Below, piece after piece: positions 1 to 11,000 of a stretch of DNA of 33,135 nucleotides. The stretch comes from Nemertoderma westbladi (taxonomy: Eukaryota; Animalia; Xenacoelomorpha). How positions within the stretch are numbered: position 1 is the first letter of the stretch; every line of letters begins with the position of its first letter. Position numbers and translations under genes: made by a program. The notes beneath the pieces are model-generated. The model ran no database searches. It worked only from the letters and a program-made list of their open reading frames with translations, and had not been told where the DNA came from. The DNA lies in assembly GCA_032718475.1 (NCBI GenBank), contig JAUCBJ010000481.1, positions 1 to 33,135 on the forward strand, read 5' to 3'.

Positions 1-22
1 TTCCGTGGAACTAATACTGGTA

Positions 23-1740
23 GGTAATGGTTATATTCAAAAATATCGAGACATGAAAAATATCTAGAGTAAAAATAACGCGAGTAAAAATATCGAGAGT
101 AAAAATAACGAGAGTAAAAATATCGAGTGTTGAAAAATATCGAGAGTAAAAATATCGAGAGTAAAAATATCGAGAGTAAAAATATCGAGAGTAAAAATAT
201 CGGGAGTAAAAATATCGAGAGTAAAAATATCGAGAGTAAAAATCATTCGTGATAAACATAGTAGGTGATTGGCATGTGTTTCATTTCAATATTGAACAAC
301 AATTATAAGTGCATAGTATTCCAGTAATCATATAGTGATACTGCCTTATGTATTCTCTACTGCCCAATCATCTAGGCCTAATGCTTGGTTTGCTCTGCCA
401 ATAATATACATACATTATACTTGACCTCATGTCACTCCATTGTTAATGCGCAGCCCCACATCTACATTCGTCATAAGAATTAGTGTGTAAAATGCAAATG
501 GTATTGTATAATGAAAGATACATATTATTATATTAAATACATAGGGTCACAAATATTTTTCAACATTCGATATTTTGCAATACTCGTTATTTTTACTCTC
601 GATAATTTTACTCTCGATATTTTTACTTTCGATATTTTTCAACACTCGTTATTTTTACTCTCGATAATTTTACTCTCGATATTTTTCAACACTCGATATT
701 TTTACTCTCGATATTTTTCAACACTCGTTATTTTTACTCTCGATATTTTTACTCTCGATATTTTTACTCTCGATATTTTTCAACACTCGATATTTTTCAA
801 CAATCGATATTTTTCAACACTCGATATTTTTCAACACTCGATATTTTTACTCTCGATATTATTCAACACTCGATATTTTTCAACACTAGTTATTTTTCAA
901 CTCTCGATATTTTTACTCTCGATATTTTTCAACACTCGATATTTTTCAACAATCGATATTTTTCAACACTCGATATTTTTCAACACTCGATATTTTTCAA
1001 CACTCGATGATTTTCAACACTCGATATTTTTCAACACTCGATATTTTTACTCTCGATATTATTCAACACTCGATATTTTTAGTCTGGATATTTTTCAACA
1101 CTCGATATTTTTACTCTCGATATTTTTCAACACTCGATATTTTTACTCTCGATATTTTTACTCTCGATATTTTCACTCTCGATATTATTCAACACTCGAT
1201 ATTTTTCAACACTCGATATTTTTACTCTCGATAAGTTTACTCACGATATTTTTACTCTCGATATTATTCAACACTCGATATTTTTCAACACTCGATATTT
1301 TTACTCACGATATTTTTACTCTCGATATTTTTCAACACTCGATATTCAACACTCGATATTTTTCAACACTCGATATTTTTACTCTCGATATTTTTCAACA
1401 CTCGATATTTTTCAACACTCGATAATTTTCAACACTCGATATTTTTCAACACTCGATATTTTTACTCTCGATATTATTCAACACTCGATATTTTTCAACA
1501 CTCGTTATTTTTACTCTTGATATTTTTACTCTCGATATTTTTACTCTCGATATTTTTACTCTCGATATTTTTACTCTCGTTATTTTTACTTTTGATATTT
1601 TCACTCTCGATATTTTTAGTCTCGATATTTTTCAACATTCGATATTTTTCAACACTCGATATTTTTCAAAACTCGTTATATTTACTCTTGTTATTTTTAC
1701 TCTCGATATTTTTGAAGTCTCGATATTTTTCACCACTACT
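23..1740. mobile_element. Foldback-like non-autonomous DNA element with inverted ~15-bp tandem arrays
   Basis: Left array (AAAAATATCGAGAGT)n at ~40-243 and its reverse-complement array at ~555-1730 around a unique spacer; termini GGTAATGGT / ACCACTACT; flanked by direct repeat CTGGTA (17-22, 1741-1746). Confidence 0.75.
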
Positions 1741-1859
1741 CTGGTAATGATAGAATAATGTTTACCAGACTAACAGCATCATTGGAGCCAATAATTATTT
1801 ACATAATAAAATTAATAAAATAGATAGCAAAAATTAAATTTAATTATGTCGAAACATAC

Positions 1860-2045
1860 CAGGGCAACAGAAACGAATCTCATAATCCTGACACTGATGT
1901 CCACTGCCCTGGTCGGTGTTCTTGCAAATAAGGCCGGTAGCGGAATACATATAGAGTGTGTCTCCCGTTGACAAGGCAGCAGTGTGAGTAGCAATCGTCC
2001 TGCCCTCAGAAGAAACCGGTTCCATACAGTTGTGTCGATGAAACC
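1860..2045 (-). CDS. Exon: WxxW domain 2, C-terminal half (WFHRHNCMEPVSSEGRT...CQDYEIRFCCP)
   Basis: 186 bp, ttcAG acceptor, GTATG donor. Confidence 0.9.
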
Positions 2046-5000
2046 CTGAAAGCCGATTACAGTGTTGATTACGAATTCAATACACTACAGTATACGTTGC
2101 TTTAAACCGGTTTAATTGTAAACGCCTATTTACTGTATAAACCTATCGGCATCCGCATTGTAGCTGAATGGAAATTATTGCTATGCTTTTAACAACAAAA
2201 TAGCGCCGTCAGCTGTCACCACGTTGAAGATATTATGTATAGCACACTTAATGCATTATCAACAAAACTGCCAAATAACAAAAATAGTCAAAATTGCCTA
2301 TCACCCATGACTTTCGCGAGATTATCCCCATCTTCAAGGCCAGTGCAGTGGTGCCCTTTAATAGGCGTTTCAAGAAAGTCATGAGCAGTCCAGTCCAGTG
2401 GACAGCAAATAAGCATGGTGGACAGTGTCCACCATGCTTATTTTCTCCATGGGGCTGACAAAGCACATGATTGTGCACAGACTGGTTCTCACGGCGAAAA
2501 CAATGTCCTGCATAGATGAGAGGAACTTTAGCAATATTTATTTTAAATGCTTTACAACTATAATAGATATACCAGAGAGCTTTTTATACGTGTAAGAATG
2601 AAATAATATCGAGGGTTTCTCGTCTCGGCTGTACTAACATTCTTCTGTTATACGTGTAATAATGAAATAATATCGAGGGTTTCTCGTCTCGGCTGTACTA
2701 ACATTCTTCTGTTATACGTGTAATAATGAAATAATATCGAGGGTTTCTCGTCTCGGCTGTACTAACATTCTTCTGTTATACGTGTAATAATGAAATATTA
2801 TCGAGGGTTTCTCGTCTCGGCTGTACTAACATTCTTCTGTTATACGTGTAATAATGAAATAATATCGAGGGTTTCTCGTCTCGGCTGTACTAACATTCTT
2901 CTGTTATACGTGTAATAATGAAATAATATCGAGGGTTTCTCGTCTCGGCTGTACTAACATTCTTCTGCGTCGGAGTTTGTTGTCAATAACGAATTCAGAT
3001 CCTCCCAATCGCCAGTAGCTGTGGGGTCATCTCTGTCATACCATTGGCTCCATGGCCCGAGACATTCCTGCTGTATATATTCTGTAATTATGAAACAAAA
3101 ATTTACACAAAAATTAGTTTTATTTTTCCTGCACTTGTGCATTACACATTAACCCATAAAATAATTCATATAAAAAATTCTAGCAGTGTTATCATAACCC
3201 GTATAAATTTTTTCAAATGTAAAACGGCACCAAAAAATGACCTACCCGGACAACAAAAACGAACTTCATAATCCAGACAGGCTCCATCGGACTGGTCATT
3301 CTTTCGACAAGCAAGTCCTTCTCCGGAATACATATATATGACTTCCCCTGTCGCCAAGGCATCTATATGACCATTAACAGTCCGGGCTTCAGAATATTCC
3401 GGTTTTAAACAGTTATAATATTCAAACCCTGTGAGTAAATTAACAAAAACATAAAACATAAACAAAATTTAATATTGGAACGATAATCAGGAACTAGATA
3501 ATTAATTTATATTACTAAAATAATATAAAATCAACATCACAAATAACTTTATTGATTAAACATGAGTAAATGTGTGGGAAGTTAAAGGTGTTAATTAAAA
3601 ATCAGTTAAACAAATTATTTTTTAATAAATAACAGTTAAAATTATTGTCAGATTATACTAACATTGTTTTGCCTGGCTATTAGAGGACAACAGTGTAGAT
3701 AATGTCTCCCAATCACCAGTTCCAGAAGGATTATCTCTGTCGTACCATTGGCTGAGGGGCCCATTGCATTGACTGCTATCTGCGGATACGCATACGGTAT
3801 AGTTATATATCAGCTGTATGTCAGCTATAAAATATTATAAAATAGGTCATATTTGGGAAGACTTGAAAGTTAAAATAATCAGAATCTTTACTTAAAAAAA
3901 ACTTCACTGACAGAAGAGTGAAGGGATCCGGGAAGGGCCGAAATTAGTAGAATCCTTTGCATCGCATCTAATGGATTCTACAGTAGCAGTTGTAAATGAT
4001 TAGTTATTGATAAATACAGAAAGTGTCTGCGTTTACTTAGAAGATGAATATCGAATTATGAATCATTCCCAAATAATGAATCAGTTCATCATTAATTATG
4101 TCAGTCTGTCAAAAAATAAATCTAGAATTTGAGTTGTCATTTACCTCGTTTCTGACGTTAGTTTTTACGTTTGCCGGAATCTTCAGTTCTTAGGCAGACA
4201 GGCAGATTGACTGGCATAGAAACTACTTAGATTCATTCTAGATCCAGTCACAAGAGAAATTGATGACAAGGAAAGCCCCTGGGGTGACATATGAAACACA
4301 ACGACAGTCAGACTGACATACTTAATGGGACCCGGACAATTGGGTTCCGGACAATTGGGATCCGGACAATTGGGATCCGGACAATTGGGATCCGGACAAT
4401 TGGGATCCGGACAATTGGGATACGGACAATTGGGATCCGGACAATTGGGATCGGGACAATTGGGATCCGGACAATTGGGATCGGGACAATTGGGCCCCGG
4501 ACAATTGAGATCCGGACAATTAAGCAAAATATAATTTTATTTTATCGAATTTAATTAACTACTATAAAGGACCAAATAATGCTGATAAAAGCTCGACTGA
4601 CACCTAATAGTGATAACTTTGTGGCTAATCTTTCTCTGTTTACGGAATCGAAAGCTTTCACAAGATCTACAAAAATGCAGTAAACATTACCTCCAGCTGA
4701 TGCCAGTGCCGTGTTTATATACGTGTATATAATTTGTACCGCCATTAGTGTCGATTTTCCAATTCGGGAACCATATTGTGAGTTAGGGAGTTTATTGTTT
4801 GATTCGTCCCAGGTGTATAATCGGGTAAATAGTATAGAGGTATATGTCTTCATCATACACGAGAACAGCGCGACTCACCTGTACGAATCTGGGGAAGACT
4901 TAGACCCCCCTACCTTTGTATAAATGAATTATGTACGCCATTAGCCAGACAATAGGGCACGTTTCAGAACTGAAGCAGACCATAAATAGATGCAATAAGA

Positions 5001-8000
5001 ATGGTAGGAGATGACCACATCCCATCCGCAATGCCTCGTTCGTTATTCCATCTGGTCCGGCAGCCTTTCTTGGTTTTTGATTGGTTACTGCTTCAGTGAC
5101 TTCAAATTGGAGCATCTAAAAATGAGTTTGGTTTCGAAGCAGGACAATTCGGTCCCGGACAATTCGGTCCCGGACAATTCGGTCCCGGACAATTCGGTCC
5201 CGGACAATTCTGTCCTGGACAATTCGGTCCCAGACAATTCGGTCCCGGACAATTCTGTCCCGGACAATTCGGTCCCAGACAATTCTGTCCCAGACAATTC
5301 GGTCCGGACAATTCGGTCTCGGACAATTCGGTCCTGGACAATTCGGTGCAGGCAATTCGGTCCCGGACAATTCGGTCCCGGACAATTCTGTCCCGGACAA
5401 TTCGGTCCCAGACAATTCTGTCCCGGACAATTCGGTCTCGGACAATTCGGTCCGGACAATCGGTCCCAGATAATTCAGTCCCTTTACTTTTGTGTTTTGG
5501 AGAATTGGAATCAGGGGGAATCAGGGAGAATTATTAAATTCGCAGGTGAGCGTCCACTCCAGAGTTGGTAGCCTCCTGGAATTTCTCCACATTTAGAAGT
5601 TCAGTAGATTAGTGTCTACAGAGCGGACTACTGGTTGACATTCTTCACGAACACTGTGGTACTCGTAGCTTATAGCGTAGCGTAGCGTAGCGTAGCGTAG
5701 CGTAGCGTTAACACTGATACATTTATGTTTTATGAAGATACTTGGGATAACATATATGTTTATCCACCTACGTAAAAGTGAAGTGACGAAAGTTAGGTCG
5801 ATCGAACTTTTGCAATTCCAGCATATATAGGTAGGTTTAGTCGGGTCGGAGATACAGAATAGTTCAGAACCCAAGAGCCCCTCACATAACAGATCACCTC
5901 TGGTATTCTCTCAATCTATCCGGCAATTAAAGTCTTTCACCAGCAGAATTGGGGATTTATAATTGGATTGTATCTGTTGGTTCTTTGAGTTTAATTCCAT
6001 GAATACAGTATATCAGTGACTTCTGTATTGGCTTTATTTAACCAAGGATTATAACAAGGTGATGCAGAGAAACTGCAATTGCTAAGTCGCTTTTATAAAT
6101 ACAGGAGTTAGGAATGGAAAGTGTGCCGTGTTCTTGGTGTAGTCCTGGGAGATTGTGGCATTTGTACCCATTGAGTTCAGTAGAGAAAGTTTCAGTTAAA
6201 ATGAGAATATCTGTAGTTGAGACAGTATCATCGGTTGTGTTAATCAATTGTAGTTTTAGCCCCTTCCACATTTCACGCTATCACAAAGAGTAAGTTAGAA
6301 GGTACGATGGTAGGGGGTCCATCCAGGTTGAATGGCAGAGCTGATAAAAGGGTCATTGCTTCGGCTGCCTGGAACCGTGAGCACAATGCTTTATGTTTGG
6401 AAATAATTTTTAGGTCGCGGTAAACCTTATTACACCCTGAGCATAAGAAATAGTCGTTGCATTGAGAGATTGAGTTTGCTGCGCTTGGAGATGCTGTTTG
6501 TTGCAGCCGTCATGTGCTGGCTGGATGTTGAAGGGGAACTGATACTGGTCCTTGACTGCTGGACTGCATTACTAGCACTGGGGATGAGTATCGATTTCGA
6601 GAACGAAGATTTAATGAGGCGCGTTCCGCATCTGTGAGGGTGTAGTTACGGATCAGTACCCCTCCCTCCCAGTTGAAGCAGTTGGGTAGGTTCTGAAGCA
6701 GTTGGGGACTCTGTTGGATCTCCAATAGTGGCAACATCCTGAAAAGGATGGTTCTCCTTGAGAAGGTATCCCTTAATATCACTTACAGTGACTGAGCGAT
6801 CAAAACGGCCAACATAATTGCGTCCAAGGCGGTGTGCTGGATTTCTATTTCCACCTATTCTTTGGGCGACACCCAGGCCAGTGCCTGTTTTTCTACCTAT
6901 GATCGATCGGTGGAGGGCTTATTTGCGCTTATTTGTAACTGTTTGCCATGCTATTGAGTTTGACCCATCGCCCCCTGTGGGATCTGGTGTTCGAGTAGAG
7001 GGTGGGGTGTTGCCTTAACGGGTTAGTAGCTCCAGCCCCCCCCCCCCCCCCCCCCCTCATCTCCAGAGCTGTTAACCACGGAAGCACATGTCCTGGGAAT
7101 CGGCGCAGTAGTTTCCGAGTCTACTAGTGGGTTTCGAGAAGGTGTTGACTCGATGTAGTTTATCAGTTTATCTTTGGCTATTATGTATTCTCGTTGGGTG
7201 ACGATTAGCTAAGTAATGTTATAGTAATGTAATTACAGACTATATCATACCTGGTGGTGGTGTTGTTGTTATCGTCGTTGTCAAATAGGTAGTCTCTTCG
7301 GTTGGTACTGTAGTTTGATATGATGTACCGATAGGATAAGTTGTTGTTTCTAGTGGTGTTGTTTGTGCGGTTTCTGGTGTTGTATAATCATGTGGTGTTG
7401 TTTGGATTGGTGTTGTGGATGTTGGTTCTATAACTAAAACATAAGTATTTACGAAAATTAATATATGTAAAATTAGTAAAAAATTGTAGTGAATAAATAT
7501 AAATATCTAATATAACTAATAATATATATAATAAATACTATAAATAACTAATATTTAACAATAAAATAATGCAACGATGATGTCTTTGGCTTAGCTTTGA
7601 AATGACACTGATTTGACTTAAAGGAAAGATGTTCAACATAATAATTTTATCAGCATCATTATGATTTTTATATTTATTACTCCAAAGATAATAATCTATA
7701 CTTCTTTATATAATCGTGATCTACCTTCGCATTCATGTGGGTTGGATGTTGGTGAGTACCCAGGTCTACAATCACATTCGTAGCTTCCTGGTGTGTTTCT
7801 ACATTCAGTAGTCGCATCATCGCAAGTGTTAGTCCCATCAGAACATTCGTCTATATCTGGAATACAGTAGGAATTAATACAGGGAAACGATTTGCGACTT
7901 CCTCCCATTATTGTAGGAAATTATCATTGTAGGGTGAAGTGGAGTAGTTTATGCACATATATAGGAATTCCATCATGCACTCATGTTGGGAATAGGAAGT

Positions 8001-11000
8001 CCTGGAGCTCATCACACACTCATGTTCGGAATAGGAAGTCCAGGTGCTCATCATGCACTCATGTTGGGAATAGGAAGTCCTGTAGCTCATCACACACTCA
8101 TGTTCGGAATAGGAAGTCCAGGTGCTCATCATGCACTCATGTTGGGAATAGGAAGTCCTGGAGCCCATCACGGACTCATGTTGGGAATAGGAAGTCCTGG
8201 AGCCCATCACGCACTCATGTTGGGAATAGGAATTCCTGGAGCCCATCACACTCTCATGTTGGGAATAGGAAGTCCTGGAGCTCATCACGCACTCATGTTG
8301 GGAATAGGAAGTCCTGGAGCTCATCACACACTCATGTTGGGAATAGGAAGTCCTGGAGCTCATCACGCACTCATGTTGGGAATAGGAAGTCCTGGAGCTC
8401 ATCACGCACTCATGTTGGGAATAGGAAGTCTTGGAGCTCATCACGCACTCATGTTGGGAATAGGAAGTCCTGGATCTCATCACGCACTCATGTTAGGAAT
8501 AGGAAGTCCTGGAGCTCATCACGCACTCATGTTGGGAATAGGAAGTCCTGGAGCTCATCACGCACTCATGTTGGGAATAGGAAGTCCTGGAGCTCATCAC
8601 GCACTCATGTTGGGAATAGGAAGTCCTGGAGCCCATCACGCACTCATGTTGGGAATAGGAAGTCCTGGAGCCCATCACGAACTCATGTTGGGAATAGGAA
8701 GTCCTGGAGCTCATCACGCACTCATGTTGGGAATAGGAAGTCCTGGAGCCCATCACGCACTCATGTTGGGAATAGGAAGTCCTGGAGCCCATCACGCACT
8801 CATGTTGGGAATAGGAAGTCCTGGAGCCCATCACACACTCATGTTGGGAATAGGAAGTCCTGGAGCCCATCACGCACTCATGTTGGGAATAGGAAGACCC
8901 AGGAAAGTAATCACATACTCATGTTGGTTGGTAAAGGAATTCCTGGAACTCAACACACATTTTTTAACAAAAAAGGTTCAATGCTGCTTGGCATTCATTC
9001 GTTTTATAATGTTGCTAAGCAATAATCAATATTCCTAATCAATATTATACAATTGTAAATTGCAAATTACTGATCCTCATGACTTTATCTGACTCCCTGG
9101 ATATGTTCGTTCAAATAACAAAGCACTCAGATCATGACAATGTTAATTGCTACTTTCCGCTACTTCATACATAGATATGATACAGAAAAATATTTAGACT
9201 ATTCGACTAAAAAAGAACGGATAGTTGCTATGCACATACCATCACAAGTGGCCCCATCTTCAGAATAGCCAGGATGACAAGTGCAAGTATATCCACCATC
9301 GTTGTTGTTGCAGTTAGCGTTGATATCGCAATTATGGGTTCCATCACTGCATTCATCGTCATCTGAAACAGAATTATAAAGCATCAAAAGAATCATCTGT
9401 AAAAGTTACATCAATTTTTGTAAAATTGCAAAACTTATTATAAATTACAAAATATATTTAACGATCTTACCATTGCAGGTTAACCCATCTCCATGGTACC
9501 CGTCATTGCAGTTGCACTCGAAACTTCCCGGAATGTTGGTACAAGTCGCATCGGAATCGCAGTTTTGAGAACCATCAGTACATTCATCGTCATCTAAGTA
9601 AACAATTAACAAGATAGGTAGTGAATCGGACTTCCATTATCAGCCACAAGGAGGTTGTTACAGGGTGATGTTGTCATAACATCTTCATTTAATAATTTCT
9701 CCTAAATCATTTAGACTATTCGAGCAAAAAAGAGTTGCTATAAACGTACCATCACAAGTGGCACCGTCTCCAGAATAGCCAGGATGACAAGTACAAGTAA
9801 ATCCACCTTCATTGTTGTTGCAGTCAGCGTTGATATCACAATTATGGGTTCCATCACTGCATTCATCGTCATCTGAAACAGAATTATAAAGCATCAAAAG
9901 AATTGTCTGTAAGAAAAGTAGAATACATCAAAAGAACCATTCATAATTAAGTAGAATAAATCAATATGTCTGAAAGAAAAGAGAAACAGATTTTGGTAAA
10001 ATTGCAATTAATTAATATAACACATTCGCGATCTTTTTATGCACAGATGCGTCGAACTAGGATCCAAATGCGCGTCTCACAGAAATGGGGCTCCGCATTG
10101 GAGTTTCACCTTGGTGTAGTGGTTACATTGAATTCTTCCAGTGGTCGGGGGTTCGTAACCGGGACAGTTCTCGTTTCAGCACGCTTAAAGGGTCTAGCCC
10201 AGATAAGGGGGATTTTCGACTGCCCTGACCCATGCGAGAATTGAACCCATGACTGCGAGAGATGTGAATTCAATGCAGCCATACTACAGTAATTATTTTA
10301 TTATTATTGTAATAATACATTATCAAAAGAGATAAGTGCAGCGCAGACAAAAACACATGATATCTAAGAAAGTAAACGGATTGCACGGACATGTTTCCTT
10401 TTAACCTCTACTAATCTCTACTAATCGCAGGCTCTGCTAATGTGGCATTCATTCCACAAACAGAACTGCATGTCGCAGTAGATTATCCATACGTCCGTCA
10501 ACACTTACATCCCAACTCCATACTGCCACACTCGAGGACTGTTTTTTTATCCCTGTAATATTTTAGATAAACAATTATTTTAAGCCGTTTCTTTTTCTTA
10601 ATGAATTACTTATAATTAATTATCTGTTTTGATTTGTCATTTATTATAACCTGCCGTTTCGTATTGATTTATATATTTAACTTATTAAACTTATTTGACT
10701 TAATTTAATTTCTTAATGAATGATATTCGGAAGATGGGGCTTCAACTTAAGGTTAATAGAGCGTCCGTCAAAACCGGGAACTGAATACTGTAATATATTG
10801 CAACACAGCAATAGTCAGGCAGTGATAACAGTTGAAACAGGGCTGCAACCTGCAAAGCTGATGACTAACACTGGATAAATTATATTTTTTTTATTGTGAT
10901 TAAATCAAAAATATTGAACAATAAATACCAATAACAATACATAAGTACATAAGTAATACAATAGTTTTAGTGTCCATGTCCATTATTGTGCTTCTTCTTT

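Larger units (their letters stand above)
4550..7200 (-). mobile_element. Degraded LINE with ORF1, APE endonuclease and N-terminal RT fragments
   Basis: ORF1-like YVGRFDRSVTVSDIKGYL and WEGGVLIRNY; endonuclease DILILTETF and PTYICWNCKSSIDLTF; RT KAAGPDGITNE, LYKGRG, FVDLVKAFDSVNRE; many stops and frameshifts. Confidence 0.85.

Noticed and set aside
511-1425. 304-aa ORF and other ORFs in 11-1747
   Set aside because: Translations of the 15/17-bp tandem array with no coding features
2584-2967. CRISPR-like appearance of this and the 39-bp array
   Set aside because: Head-to-tail repeats without unique spacers, no cas genes, and a eukaryotic intron context
4183-5571. Pentapeptide-repeat-like ORFs (NCPDP, GQLGS, TELSG)
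   Set aside because: 15-bp minisatellites open in most frames on both strands
7892-9038. 377-aa and 351-aa repetitive ORFs as real proteins
   Set aside because: Overlapping frames of a 39-bp minisatellite inside an intron; open only because the unit lacks stops
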